Shown piece after piece: positions 19,642 to 29,812 of a stretch of 64,000 nucleotides of DNA. Every line of letters starts with the position of its first letter. The first letter of the stretch is position 1. The stretch is from a virus. A program made the translations under genes and the position numbers. The notes beneath the pieces are model-generated. The model made no database searches, had not been told where the DNA came from, and saw only the letters and a program-made list of their open reading frames with translations. The stretch covers positions 96,001 through 160,000 of the IMG/VR virus record IMGVR_UViG_3300047312_000028. The stretch is one strand, 5' to 3'.

Positions 19642-21350
19642 TGCTGCATTTCAAAAAGTTGAAGTGGAAGAACTTTCTTAGCACTGGGAACTACTGGTCA
19701 GAAATCGTATTCGACCGCAGCCAGAACACACTGGTTGTAGGAGAGAACGGTTCTGGTAAGAGCACAATGCTGGATGCTCTCTGCTTTGCTCTCTATAATA
19801 CACCGTTTCGTAACGTCAACAAGGGAACTCTAGTCAACTCTATCAACCAACGCGATTGTTCGGTTGAAGCTGAATTCACTACCGATAACCATGAGTATCG
19901 AGTCGTTCGTGGAATCAAGCCTGATGTGTTTGAAATCTACAAGGACGGAGTCCTCGAGGACCAGACTCCTTCTGTGGACTATCAAGATCATCTAGAGAAG
20001 TTCATTCTTAAGCTGAACTATAAAAGCTTCACCCAGATCGTGATTCTTGGATCGGCTTCGTTCACTCCGTTCATGCAATTGAAAGCCAGTGATCGACGCG
20101 CCATCATTGAAGACTTGCTAGACATACAGATTTTCTCGTTGATGAACAAGATAGTCAAGACTAAGCTTTCAGAACTCTTGAACGGTAAGCTTTCAAATAA
20201 GCTCCTGATTGATGCCTGTGCAGATAAGATTACCATACAAGAACGATATATTGCTGAAGCGCAGCAGGATGTCCAGGCACGTATCTCAGAGCACAATGAA
20301 GAGCTACGAAAGAACATTGAAGAGATTACAAAACTCAATATGAATATCGCAGTCTCTAAACGTTCGCTCTCTGACATGAGCTCCAAGATTGCCGACAAAG
20401 CGAAAATTGAAGCGTCCTTAAGAAAAGTGACTCAATTGGAAGCTCAGATCGAAAACAACACAAGTAAACATAAAAAGAATATCAAGTTCTTTGAGACAGA
20501 AGATCAATGCCCAACCTGTACACAGGTGATCGATTCGACATTCAAGACAGCGCAAATCACAGGATTGACTGCTAAAGTATCTGAGTGTCAGACGGGTCTA
20601 ACCCAACTTGAACAGAAAGCAATCACCTATCAAAAGCAGTTGAGTGATATCGCCGTTATTGAACAGGAGATGAATCTACATGAAGTGGGTATCTCTGGCT
20701 ATGAAAATTCGATTGCGCAGATCGAACGATTCAACCAGGTCTTGACAAATAAACTGAACGAATTACAGAACAACCACCACTCGACAGTGCGTGAACAAGA
20801 TCGACTCAAAGAACACCAAGACGAACTCGCCAAGCTCATTGCTGAGAAACAGGTGCTGATTAGCACCGAAGCGTATTATGAAGCGTCTAGCACTCTTCTA
20901 AAGGACACCGGGATCAAGACAAAGATCATTCGACAGTATTTGCCAATTATCAATACATTCTCGAATAAATACCTTGCCAGTATGGACTTCTTCGTGAACT
21001 TCAACCTGGACGAGACATTCAAGGAAACAATCAAGTCTCGATTCCGTGATGAATTCACATATCATTCGTTCTCAGAAGGACAGAAGCAACGCATTGACAT
21101 GGCCCTGATGTTGACCTGGAGAGGAGTCGCTAAACTCAAGAACTCAGCAGACACCAATCTGTTAATCCTTGATGAAATATTCGATTCCAGTCTTGACAAT
21201 GCGGGCGCCGAAGAACTGATGAAGATTCTGTATTCCCTTGAAGGCACAAATGTCTTCGTCATTAGCCACAGAGGAGACATTTTACAAGACAAATTCAGAA
21301 CCGTCATTAAGTTCGAGACTCACCAAAACTTTTCACGTATTGCATCATAA
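19641..21350 (+). CDS. gp46: Recombination ATPase subunit (Rad50/SbcC-like)
   Basis: GENGSGKST, CPTC zinc hook, FSEGQ signature, LILDE. Confidence 0.97.
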   Translation: MLHFKKLKWKNFLSTGNYWSEIVFDRSQNTLVVGENGSGKSTMLDALCFALYNTPFRNVNKGTLVNSINQRDCSVEAEFTTDNHEYRVVRGIKPDVFEIYKDGVLEDQTPSVDYQDHLEKFILKLNYKSFTQIVILGSASFTPFMQLKASDRRAIIEDLLDIQIFSLMNKIVKTKLSELLNGKLSNKLLIDACADKITIQERYIAEAQQDVQARISEHNEELRKNIEEITKLNMNIAVSKRSLSDMSSKIADKAKIEASLRKVTQLEAQIENNTSKHKKNIKFFETEDQCPTCTQVIDSTFKTAQITGLTAKVSECQTGLTQLEQKAITYQKQLSDIAVIEQEMNLHEVGISGYENSIAQIERFNQVLTNKLNELQNNHHSTVREQDRLKEHQDELAKLIAEKQVLISTEAYYEASSTLLKDTGIKTKIIRQYLPIINTFSNKYLASMDFFVNFNLDETFKETIKSRFRDEFTYHSFSEGQKQRIDMALMLTWRGVAKLKNSADTNLLILDEIFDSSLDNAGAEELMKILYSLEGTNVFVISHRGDILQDKFRTVIKFETHQNFSRIAS

Positions 21351-21361
21351 AGGAGATTGCT

Positions 21362-22057
21362 ATGAATGATCTGACCGTCAATCAGCCAACCGCACCGAAG
21401 AGCTTTTCATATAATACAGAAGCCCCTCCTACGATTGCACCTAAGCAGCCACCTAAGTTGCTTCCGTTGTATAATGAAAATAATCCCATGTTGGCACTCA
21501 AGCAGCCAGAGTTTGATGTAAAGAACCCACCAGTCAATATTATAGACTTTGCTAATCAGCTTCTCTACACCATGAGTCATTACGGTGGAGTAGGTCTTGC
21601 GGCACCACAATGCGGATTCCCTTTCCGTATGTTTGTCATGACGGGCGGGATCGTCTGTATCAACCCAGTGATCGTAGAACGATCAAAAGAAACAATATAC
21701 ACAAAGGAAGGGTGTCTCAGCTTCCCAGGTCTCTATTTGCCTGTGACCCGTCCCGAAACAGTCTTGATTCGCTACACCAACGAGTATGGAAAAGAAGTTG
21801 AAGTGCGATGGACAGGCGCCACGGCTCGATGTGCGCAACATGAGTACGATCATTTGGAAGGGAAAGTCTACACTTCACTAGTTGGTAACCTGACTCTTCA
21901 GATGGCGAAGAAGAAGCGACAGAAGCTTTTCAAGAAGATCCAACGCGCTGTAGAAATCAAGCAACGCAACCTTCGTATCGCTGGAAAAGATAAAGCATAT
22001 GTCGCCAAGACAGTTGAAAATAGACCGGTAGAGATTGAAACACATAGGCAGGGATAA
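21362..22057 (+). CDS. def: Peptide deformylase
   Basis: GVGLAAPQ, EGCLS, QHEYDH motifs. Confidence 0.95.
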   Translation: MNDLTVNQPTAPKSFSYNTEAPPTIAPKQPPKLLPLYNENNPMLALKQPEFDVKNPPVNIIDFANQLLYTMSHYGGVGLAAPQCGFPFRMFVMTGGIVCINPVIVERSKETIYTKEGCLSFPGLYLPVTRPETVLIRYTNEYGKEVEVRWTGATARCAQHEYDHLEGKVYTSLVGNLTLQMAKKKRQKLFKKIQRAVEIKQRNLRIAGKDKAYVAKTVENRPVEIETHRQG

Positions 22058-23196
22058 TGAAAGACTGGCAACACGGTATTGAAATCGACTATCTCAAGGC
22101 GCAAGAACGATTCTATGAACCGTTCAACAAACATGCTTTGTCGGTCTTTGGTAAGTTCAAGAAAAACGACATTGCTGCCAAATTGTATGCTGGTGTGTGG
22201 AAGAGAATGCGCGACTGTGCTTATGTCGTAGAAGAAGCGAAGGTAGCTACCAAGATCAGTATGCACGGCAGCACGATCATCGGTCAGAAAGAAAAAGGAG
22301 ATTTGACATTTTCTAAGCTTGTAGGTGATCTGATAGAGTTGACTTTTGCATTTCACGCATTACACTATAAAGAACGAAACTGTTTCATCGTCGCGTATGC
22401 TGGTCAAGAAGATATCTGTGCATTTGCCGAATACCAGGGATTCAGAAAGCTTGGTTATAAAGTTACTTCGTTTGCAGAGATTCTAGCAGTCTACTATCGT
22501 GATTCAGATTTAAGTCTCGCTCCACGCGATCATCCTAGAGCGTCTACTGCCGATCTTGTCGGCATGGCACAAGTCGGAATAGCGAATCATAAACTCCTAT
22601 TAGCCATTCTAGGAAAACTTCAATCACTTGACCCTAAGTTCACGAACCACTATAGCAACTACAATGCGAAGAATGCGTGGTCCGCTCTTTCACTTCGTGG
22701 CTACTCAGCAGATCCGGGCTTCATTATCAAGCCCGCTGAGATGAATGATAAGTGGTTAGCTGAACACAAAACTGAGAACTACTTTCTACAAGATACACCT
22801 TTATATACCCAATTCCCCGAGGTCCGACAATTATTGTCGTTCTTAGATGGGGAAGTGCACCGGGTACGATTTATGCAATTAGCTCCTGGCGGGGGAGAGT
22901 TACAAAGACATACAGACCAGGTCGATCCTGATGCTGGCAACTCGTTAGGCGCCGTGGCTCGCTTGCACTTCCCTTTAGTCACAAATGAACGAGTGATCTT
23001 CAGTACATGGAATGAGTTTGACAAAGAAGAAAACTATCATTATGGATTCGGTGAAGTGTGGGTGATCGATACACGCAAACCACACAAAGCAGTCAACGGT
23101 GGCAAAGACAATCGTATACATCTTGTGGTTGATGTAGTTGTCACACCTAAGATTGAAAGGATAATTTGTGAAGGTACCTCAAGACGTATTGAATAA
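22057..23196 (+). CDS. Fusion: unknown (possibly GNAT-like) N-terminal domain + Asp/Asn beta-hydroxylase-like 2OG-Fe(II) oxygenase
   Basis: RVRFMQLAPGGGELQRHTD, RLHFPLVTN, DTRKPHKAVNGG..RIHLVVD. The N-terminal GFRKLG weakly resembles GNAT motif B. Confidence 0.75.
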   Translation: MKDWQHGIEIDYLKAQERFYEPFNKHALSVFGKFKKNDIAAKLYAGVWKRMRDCAYVVEEAKVATKISMHGSTIIGQKEKGDLTFSKLVGDLIELTFAFHALHYKERNCFIVAYAGQEDICAFAEYQGFRKLGYKVTSFAEILAVYYRDSDLSLAPRDHPRASTADLVGMAQVGIANHKLLLAILGKLQSLDPKFTNHYSNYNAKNAWSALSLRGYSADPGFIIKPAEMNDKWLAEHKTENYFLQDTPLYTQFPEVRQLLSFLDGEVHRVRFMQLAPGGGELQRHTDQVDPDAGNSLGAVARLHFPLVTNERVIFSTWNEFDKEENYHYGFGEVWVIDTRKPHKAVNGGKDNRIHLVVDVVVTPKIERIICEGTSRRIE

Positions 23197-23611
23197 GATG
23201 TTTGAGACGGCAGACCTCTCAAAGGATGAACTCTATGATGCTTTGAGAAAGATGGGTGCCAAAGCGATCAAGCCCAAGTTCCGATTTGGTTGGTCTGAAG
23301 AAGTGCCTACGTGGTGCACTTGCTACTTTGTCTCTGAGTTTGCCTACTTCTATCTTGCACCGAAGGGAACGAAACCCTATTCAGTAAAAGTGCCTGGTGA
23401 TCCTGGGACGCATAGATTCTTGATGTGGCCAGATTCCATCATTGTTGATTTAACAGCAGAACAATTCCCAGATTATGGACTGGTGAGAACAGCCTACTCA
23501 AAAGCTAGAGTTACAATGTTCATGCAAACAGGATGTGTCGGTCCATCACAGAGAGCGAAGGAGCTAGCCGGGATCCTTGGCTTTAATGAATCAGCCTGGT
23601 CAAAACCTTAA
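23168..23611 (+). CDS. Hypothetical protein (Cys-His-Asp, papain/transglutaminase-like pattern)
   Basis: CYFVSE...THRFL...IVDLTAEQF; fold assignment tentative. Confidence 0.5.
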   Translation: MKVPQDVLNKMFETADLSKDELYDALRKMGAKAIKPKFRFGWSEEVPTWCTCYFVSEFAYFYLAPKGTKPYSVKVPGDPGTHRFLMWPDSIIVDLTAEQFPDYGLVRTAYSKARVTMFMQTGCVGPSQRAKELAGILGFNESAWSKP

Positions 23612-23621
23612 AGGAGAAGCT

Positions 23622-24239
23622 ATGAAGCAGAATTACACACATATGATTTTGGTGCTCGACGAATCAGGTTCCATGGCATACACCGCGGCCGCGACACGAG
23701 AAGGCGTCAATGGATTGCTCGATACGCAGCAAGCGGTGCCTGGCGATCTCACGACAGCGTTGTATAAGTTCTCAAACTCAGTATCGGAAGTAGCGACCCT
23801 CTTGGCGCTCACGACAGACAACTATCGTCCAAGTGGTGGTACAGCATTGAATGATGCCGTATGCCAAGCGATTGACAAAGAAGGTGCGCGCCTTTCTGCA
23901 TTGCCAGAAGAACAACGACCGGATAAGGTTGTGGTAGCGATTGTGACTGACGGATTTGAAAATGCGTCAATCAAATTCAAGAAAGCAGATGTGAAGGATC
24001 GTATCACCCGCCAAGAAGCACAGTACCAGTGGCAATTTGTATTCTTGGGTGCCAACATGGATGCGTTCGCTGAAGCAGAATCCTACGGCATCTTGAAAAC
24101 GTCAGGTTATGCGTTCAATATGACAGCAGACAGCATTAAGACCTCTTATGATGTTACCTCGAAAGCGTTTGCTGATTACAGAGTGGGAACGAAAAAGACA
24201 GTCAACATGGCAGACGCCGCAAAGGACCTGGGTAAATAA
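23622..24239 (+). CDS. von Willebrand factor A domain protein
   Basis: MIDAS LDESGSM, GGTALNDA, VTDGFENAS, FVFLGAN. Confidence 0.9.
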   Translation: MKQNYTHMILVLDESGSMAYTAAATREGVNGLLDTQQAVPGDLTTALYKFSNSVSEVATLLALTTDNYRPSGGTALNDAVCQAIDKEGARLSALPEEQRPDKVVVAIVTDGFENASIKFKKADVKDRITRQEAQYQWQFVFLGANMDAFAEAESYGILKTSGYAFNMTADSIKTSYDVTSKAFADYRVGTKKTVNMADAAKDLGK

Positions 24240-24240
24240 T

Positions 24241-25068
24241 ATGTTTTACAAACCCCTCTCAGTTATGCCTGGTATGTTTGATTTTCTGCATGAATCGATT
24301 GCAGAGATAGAACATTCTGGATGGCAAGACCCAAACCCACCAATTCAAGTCATGGATCATGAGGGCTTCCTCGTGGTCCGTGATGACCTCCTCGGATACG
24401 GATCGAAAGCTCGATTCATCGATTATATGATTAAGACAGCACCACAACAGCAATTCGTATTCGGTGCCTGTCCTGCGACTGGTTACGCACAGATCAGTTT
24501 ACCCGCCGTCGCTACTCGGTATAATAAGCAGGTGCATTTGTTCATGGCACAACGAAACATGAACAAACTTCACGACTATCAGAAGCTAGGAGCGGACTTA
24601 GGATCGATCTATCACTGGGTGCCTTCTGGTATGCTGAACGTAACCAAAGCCAGAGCAATGGAGTATGCCGCAGAAGATCCAATCAATCGCGTCTTATTAC
24701 CTATCGGTCTTGAGAATCCCACAGTCATTGCCAGCATCGTCAAAGTGGCAAGAGACCAAATAGGATTCACACCAGATCATGTATGGACGGTTGGTTCTAG
24801 CGGTACGCTGAACAGAGGTCTGCAACTTGCCTGGCCGACTGCCGAAGTACATGTAGTCTCTGTGGGTCATAAAATGAGTGAACGAGAAATAGGCAGAGCA
24901 ATCATACATACCGTTCCGTATAAGTTCGACAAGAAGCTGAAGCCAATCGATGCACCACCGTTCCCAAGTGCGCCGACATACGATGCAAAGGGATGGCGTC
25001 CGATGGTTGATTGGTATAAGACACATGAACGACCTGAGAAGGTTCTCTTCTGGAACGTCGCCGCATAA
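24241..25068 (+). CDS. PLP-dependent fold-type II enzyme (ACC deaminase/D-cysteine desulfhydrase/cysteine synthase-like)
   Basis: VVRDDLLGYGSKAR (PLP lysine), VGSSGTL phosphate loop, YDAKGW, LFWNVA. Confidence 0.8.
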   Translation: MFYKPLSVMPGMFDFLHESIAEIEHSGWQDPNPPIQVMDHEGFLVVRDDLLGYGSKARFIDYMIKTAPQQQFVFGACPATGYAQISLPAVATRYNKQVHLFMAQRNMNKLHDYQKLGADLGSIYHWVPSGMLNVTKARAMEYAAEDPINRVLLPIGLENPTVIASIVKVARDQIGFTPDHVWTVGSSGTLNRGLQLAWPTAEVHVVSVGHKMSEREIGRAIIHTVPYKFDKKLKPIDAPPFPSAPTYDAKGWRPMVDWYKTHERPEKVLFWNVAA

Positions 25069-25072
25069 TTCC

Positions 25073-25101
25073 TTGACATTTCAATTCACTTGTGGTATAA
25101 T
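25073..25101 (+). promoter_or_regulatory. Consensus sigma70 promoter TTGACA-17-TATAAT with extended -10
   Basis: Perfect consensus read from sequence. Confidence 0.9.
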
Positions 25102-25109
25102 TCTCACTT

Positions 25110-25499
25110 ATGCGTCTACTTGTCTGCGGCGACCGTGAATGGTCAGACTACATTATGATCGAACGTGAAATCAAAAATCTCAAGCCCGCCATCGTGATTG
25201 AAGGTGAAGCTAGAGGCGCAGACAGTCTTGCCCGCAAAGCTGCCGAAACTCTCGGCATTCCAGTTCTCCCCTTCCCCGCTGATTGGGACCAGTATGGTCG
25301 ATCAGCGGGGCCCATTCGCAATCGCTTGATGTTAAGTAAAGGTATGCCTACACTTGTACTTGCGTTCCATGATAATCTAGCGAAGTCAAAAGGCACTCTT
25401 GATATGGTGAATGCTGCACGAAAGTACGGCGTAGAAGTGAGAGTGATTGGACATGGCTCAACCGTAACCTACCCCGCAACAGGAAGACTTGATCTATGA
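25110..25499 (+). CDS. SLOG superfamily protein (YspA/DUF2493-like)
   Basis: LLVCGDR, IEGEARGAD, PADWDQYGRSAGPIRN, SKGT. Confidence 0.85.
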   Translation: MRLLVCGDREWSDYIMIEREIKNLKPAIVIEGEARGADSLARKAAETLGIPVLPFPADWDQYGRSAGPIRNRLMLSKGMPTLVLAFHDNLAKSKGTLDMVNAARKYGVEVRVIGHGSTVTYPATGRLDL

Positions 25500-27172
25500 A
25501 TTGGTTTTATGAAAAGAACAACGAACTCTTAGAGTCACCCGTCAACAAGACGTTTGAAGAACTCTTGTGGATGACGAAAGATGAATTCAGACAATGGGTG
25601 ATTGATCTCCGCAAGACGGTGGTATACCTATGGGATGAGAAAGGCCAGCCACCTCGTGTTGGATATAACGAGAATGAAATTATCGAACAGTTCAACGATC
25701 TTGAGCCATTCATGGTCGATAGCTTCTTGAAACTTGATGAATACACAGGCGACAAGAATATCATTCGCAACACATCCAATCTTGGTAACGCGGTCAATCA
25801 GTTCTTCCCTACTATGATGAAGACTCGTATCAACTACACAAAAGACCCAAGTGCAGGTAAGTCCATCTATGACTTCTTCGCAAAGCCAGAGCTACTTGAT
25901 ACATTCATCACGTATGCTTCGCGGCACTTTAAGCGCGACAGCTTCTATCATTACTCTGTACCAATCAAGACGTTTGATCGAACGCGCATGGGATTGCTGC
26001 CAGTGACACAGACTGGTATTGAGTGGATCAAAGAGTTTGAAGCTGGTGTATTCAGAAAGAAGAACTGGGACTACTGGCTGGCGCCACGAGAAATTGAATC
26101 AGAATACACAGGTTACAACGAAGACCTGAAAGGCCAGTCCTACCTTCGTGTAACCAAACAAGAACTCGACACACTCACTGTACCCGACAAATGCAAGACT
26201 AATGTTCGAGAACTCAAAGACAATGAATCATTCTTGATCCGTGTGTTTGAGAAGGGACAGAAAGTATTCCCTATCGGTCTCAAAGCGTTTCGTGTCTCGT
26301 TCTGTCAATACGCTGTGAACTTCCCACCGTTGACTGCAAAGTTCATTTATGAGAAGTATACCCAAGAGTGGAAAGATGAATCGATGATCTATGTCTGGGA
26401 CCCATCGTCTGGTTGGGGTGGTCGTTTGCTCGGTGCATTGTCTGTTGCCGATACTTTGCGACTCACCTACCTAGGCAACGATCCTAATACCGATCATAAC
26501 ATCGGTCACGGGAAGACGAAGTATCACGCTATTGCCGACTTCTATCATGAACATGTGCAGAAGGGCGGCGGGACCATGATGAAGTATGCAGAAAGTCCAC
26601 GACCGCATAACAAGTTCGTCTTCTGGCAGAAGGGTTCTGAGGAGATGCAGTATGAACTTGAGTTTCTGAAGTATAAAGGAAAGTTGAGTCTGGTATTCAC
26701 AAGTCCTCCGTACTTTGCCAAAGAAGCGTATTCAGAAGACAAAGAGCAATCTTATAAGAAGTTTTCACAGTATGATCTGTGGCGCGATGGTTTTTTACAA
26801 GAAACACTCAAGACCGCAGTTGAATGGTTGCGCCCAGGCGGATATCTCGCGTGGAACATTGCCGATGCAGACTTTGGTGGGCAGACACTTCCACTAGAAG
26901 GAGATTCGCGTAAGTTCCTTGAAGATGCCGGTATGATCTACGTTGAGACTATGAAAATGTCACTCGCACAGATGCCTGGCGGTAATCGACTTGACACTGT
27001 TACCGGTTTGCCGAAAGCTAAGAACTTCTGCAAAGTCGATGGATTGTGGCTGAAGTACGAACCCATCTTTATCTATCGCAAACCCGGCACATCCGGCGCA
27101 CAACGGCGCAAAGAGACAACACCCGACAGACAGATCATAGTCAGACCTCCGGCAGGGAAGCTAGACTTTTGA
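25496..27172 (+). CDS. Large amino-methyltransferase-fold protein (N4-C/N6-A DNA MTase-like)
   Basis: SAM-binding WDPSSGWGGRL, catalytic FTSPPY, YEPIFIY; long N-terminal region. Confidence 0.8.
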   Translation: MNWFYEKNNELLESPVNKTFEELLWMTKDEFRQWVIDLRKTVVYLWDEKGQPPRVGYNENEIIEQFNDLEPFMVDSFLKLDEYTGDKNIIRNTSNLGNAVNQFFPTMMKTRINYTKDPSAGKSIYDFFAKPELLDTFITYASRHFKRDSFYHYSVPIKTFDRTRMGLLPVTQTGIEWIKEFEAGVFRKKNWDYWLAPREIESEYTGYNEDLKGQSYLRVTKQELDTLTVPDKCKTNVRELKDNESFLIRVFEKGQKVFPIGLKAFRVSFCQYAVNFPPLTAKFIYEKYTQEWKDESMIYVWDPSSGWGGRLLGALSVADTLRLTYLGNDPNTDHNIGHGKTKYHAIADFYHEHVQKGGGTMMKYAESPRPHNKFVFWQKGSEEMQYELEFLKYKGKLSLVFTSPPYFAKEAYSEDKEQSYKKFSQYDLWRDGFLQETLKTAVEWLRPGGYLAWNIADADFGGQTLPLEGDSRKFLEDAGMIYVETMKMSLAQMPGGNRLDTVTGLPKAKNFCKVDGLWLKYEPIFIYRKPGTSGAQRRKETTPDRQIIVRPPAGKLDF

Positions 27173-27228
27173 GCAATATCAATGACTTACCCTCCAACAT
27201 TATAATCCTCTAATCTTCACACAATTTC

Positions 27229-27257
27229 TTGACTAACCCCCTATGCTCTGATATTCT
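27229..27257 (+). promoter_or_regulatory. Sigma70-type promoter TTGACT-17-TATTCT
   Basis: Hexamers, 17-bp spacer, TG extended -10. Confidence 0.6.
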
Positions 27258-27266
27258 CTAACCATA

Positions 27267-29774
27267 ATGAGCAACAAAATAGGGGAGACAAAAAGCATGT
27301 TCACAGTCGAAACAAAAAGCATGTTGGCAAAGTTGATGGCGACTGAGAATATCAAGGTCGAACATCGAAACTGCAAGACAGCGGGATTCAATCTGAAGAC
27401 CCGCACCTTGATTTGCCCAATCTGGAAAGACATGTCAGGTGATCTGTATGACATGTTGATGGGTCATGAAATCTCACATGCTCTTCGTACCCCTGTTGAT
27501 GGTTGGCACGATTCAGTTGTCTACGCTGGCGGCGACAAGAAAGCGAGCCCGGAAGCTCAACGCGCATTCAAGCATTTCCTGAACGTTGCTGAAGATGCAC
27601 GAATTGAAAAGCTTGTGAAGCGCCAGTATCCCGGCATTCGTCGACCCATGGTCAATGCGTACAAAGAACTGCTAGCAAAAGACTTCTTCGGTCTTTCTGC
27701 CATCACAAATTTCAATGAACTCTATTTGATCGATAAGCTGAATCTTGCCGCGAAGTGTGGAACTCTTGTAAACATTCGCTTCTACGGCAAAGAAAAAGCA
27801 CTCTATGATGAAATGATGGGCACAGAGACATGGGATGAAGTGGTCGCGTTCACGCGCAAAGTGTACGAATATAGCAAAGAAGAACAGCAACAAGGCGAAC
27901 AGAAGCGCAAAGAGCTTGCCGATCATTTGAAAGAAATGTATGAGCAGGAGCAAGCTGAAGAGGACGAACAATGCGACGATGACGAAGATTCTTATTCTTT
28001 TGAGGGTGAAGGCGACGATGAAGACGGCGAAGAAGGTGAGGATGGCGACAGCGACGGAGAGAGTGATGAAGATGAAGACGGCGAAGATGGCGACGGAAAA
28101 GGTGAAGATGGGGAAGACGGAGAAGAAGGCGATGGTAAGAAAAGTAAGTCAAAGGGTGAAAATGCCAAAGATGACAAAGAAAAGAAAGCTGATGACAAAG
28201 CAGTAGACAAAAAGAAAGATGACGGCAAGGGAAATCGAAGCAAGAAGTCTGATTCGACAAAACCGGCTCAGGTTGGCGAAGATAAGGGTCAAGAGAACTC
28301 GAACGAGAAAGGCGACTTTGTTCCTAAAGCAAAGACAGATGAAGCGTTCCGTGCTCGTGAGGAACGATTGATCGAAAAGACCAAGACTGAATCATATTAT
28401 GTAAATATTCCTCTAGTCACGTTGAAGGATGTTGTAGCTCCTGCGGAGATCGTGAATCGTGGGCTCACGTACTACTACGCGGCGCGAAAAGAAGAAGGAT
28501 ACAAGCTCTTCAACGAATTCAAGAAGAAGAATGAGGACTATATCTCATTGCTGGCAAAAGAATTTGAAATGAAGAAAGCTGCACGATCATATGCGAAAGC
28601 GAAGATTTCAGATTCGGGCGATATCAATATCAACAAGCTGGCAAACTATCGCATGGAAGATAACATCTTCAAGAAGATGATTCAGGTTCATAAAGGTAAG
28701 TCTCACGGTCTAGTCTTGATTCTCGACAAATCTGGTTCGATGCACCAGCACATTGAAGGGGCAATGGAACAGATTCTTGTCATGGCGCTCTTCTGTCGTA
28801 AGGTCAATATCCCGTTCGTTGCGTATAGCTTCACAAGCAGTGGGTGTGGTTCGATGGAACATGACTTTCCAGGACGTGGACATGGATCAAAGAATCCTTT
28901 AAGACCATTCAGCAAGCGCCCCCTCGACATGATAATGGGCAATCTTGAACTTCGTGAAATGTTCAACTCAAAGATGCCCGCTAGCGAGTTTACACAATCA
29001 ATTATGAACCACTTGATGGTAGCGAAAGCGTTATCAAGTCGCCAAGGGTATTCAGCACCCAATCATGAACGCATGGGCGGCACCCCGCTGAACGAAGCGT
29101 TGGTAGCCTTGCGTGATCTGATTCGCCAGTTCAAAGGTCAACATCGATTAGATATCGTGAATGCTGTAGTCGTGCATGACGGCGATTCTGATGGTAACAG
29201 CAGAGCCTTTGCTGAGAATAGCAATACCAAGGGCAACGAGGGCGACCATTCGTATTCATACAACACAATCCATTTTCATCCAGAAATCAATCGTCTGACT
29301 CTTGTGGACACGAAAGAGAAGATCCAGATTGATGTGCCGAAAGAAAGCCGGGGCCTCACGATTGCATTGATGAAGTGGATTCAGATGACCGCCGATTGTG
29401 GAGTCTTCGGATTCTACATCACAGGCGCTACAGCATCGACGGCACGTGGTGGGATCATGAATCTCTTTCAGAATGAGCAGGGAATTAAATTAGAGCATGT
29501 GCGCAAGCATAATACAAATGAAGCGGGGATGTTGATTGACAAGCTCTGCCGCGAAGTGATCGAAAAGAAGTTCCTTGAATCATGGACTTCAGGCTACACG
29601 CGGTTCTATTTCATTCCCGGTTCAGTTGAGTTGAAGACCGAGAATCTTCAGATGGTTGAGAACGGCAAGGGTTGGACCCCTTCGCGTCTTCTGACGGCGT
29701 TTAAGCGGGTCAATCGACGTAAACAAGTGTCTCGCGTTCTCGTGAACAAGTTTATTGAGCTAATCGCCGTCTAA
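27267..29774 (+). CDS. CobT-like protein: HExxH metallopeptidase-like N-terminus, acidic linker, C-terminal vWA domain
   Basis: GHEISHAL, NVAEDARIE, D/E/G-rich linker, LDKSGSM MIDAS, GGTPLNEAL; start may be ATG 27297. Confidence 0.85.
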   Translation: MSNKIGETKSMFTVETKSMLAKLMATENIKVEHRNCKTAGFNLKTRTLICPIWKDMSGDLYDMLMGHEISHALRTPVDGWHDSVVYAGGDKKASPEAQRAFKHFLNVAEDARIEKLVKRQYPGIRRPMVNAYKELLAKDFFGLSAITNFNELYLIDKLNLAAKCGTLVNIRFYGKEKALYDEMMGTETWDEVVAFTRKVYEYSKEEQQQGEQKRKELADHLKEMYEQEQAEEDEQCDDDEDSYSFEGEGDDEDGEEGEDGDSDGESDEDEDGEDGDGKGEDGEDGEEGDGKKSKSKGENAKDDKEKKADDKAVDKKKDDGKGNRSKKSDSTKPAQVGEDKGQENSNEKGDFVPKAKTDEAFRAREERLIEKTKTESYYVNIPLVTLKDVVAPAEIVNRGLTYYYAARKEEGYKLFNEFKKKNEDYISLLAKEFEMKKAARSYAKAKISDSGDININKLANYRMEDNIFKKMIQVHKGKSHGLVLILDKSGSMHQHIEGAMEQILVMALFCRKVNIPFVAYSFTSSGCGSMEHDFPGRGHGSKNPLRPFSKRPLDMIMGNLELREMFNSKMPASEFTQSIMNHLMVAKALSSRQGYSAPNHERMGGTPLNEALVALRDLIRQFKGQHRLDIVNAVVVHDGDSDGNSRAFAENSNTKGNEGDHSYSYNTIHFHPEINRLTLVDTKEKIQIDVPKESRGLTIALMKWIQMTADCGVFGFYITGATASTARGGIMNLFQNEQGIKLEHVRKHNTNEAGMLIDKLCREVIEKKFLESWTSGYTRFYFIPGSVELKTENLQMVENGKGWTPSRLLTAFKRVNRRKQVSRVLVNKFIELIAV
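27950..28260 (+). repeat. Low-complexity acidic then Lys-rich linker (GAA/GAC/GGC-rich) within the CobT-like gene
   Basis: EGEGDDEDGEEGEDGD... imperfect codon repeats. Confidence 0.7.
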
Positions 29775-29812
29775 GTGTACAAAAATGTACAGAAAATACG
29801 TGGTATTTGAGC

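Noticed and set aside
27950-28260. Tandem-repeat or diversity-generating locus
   Set aside because: Explained by a low-complexity acidic protein linker; no exact repeat unit, template repeat or reverse transcriptase.
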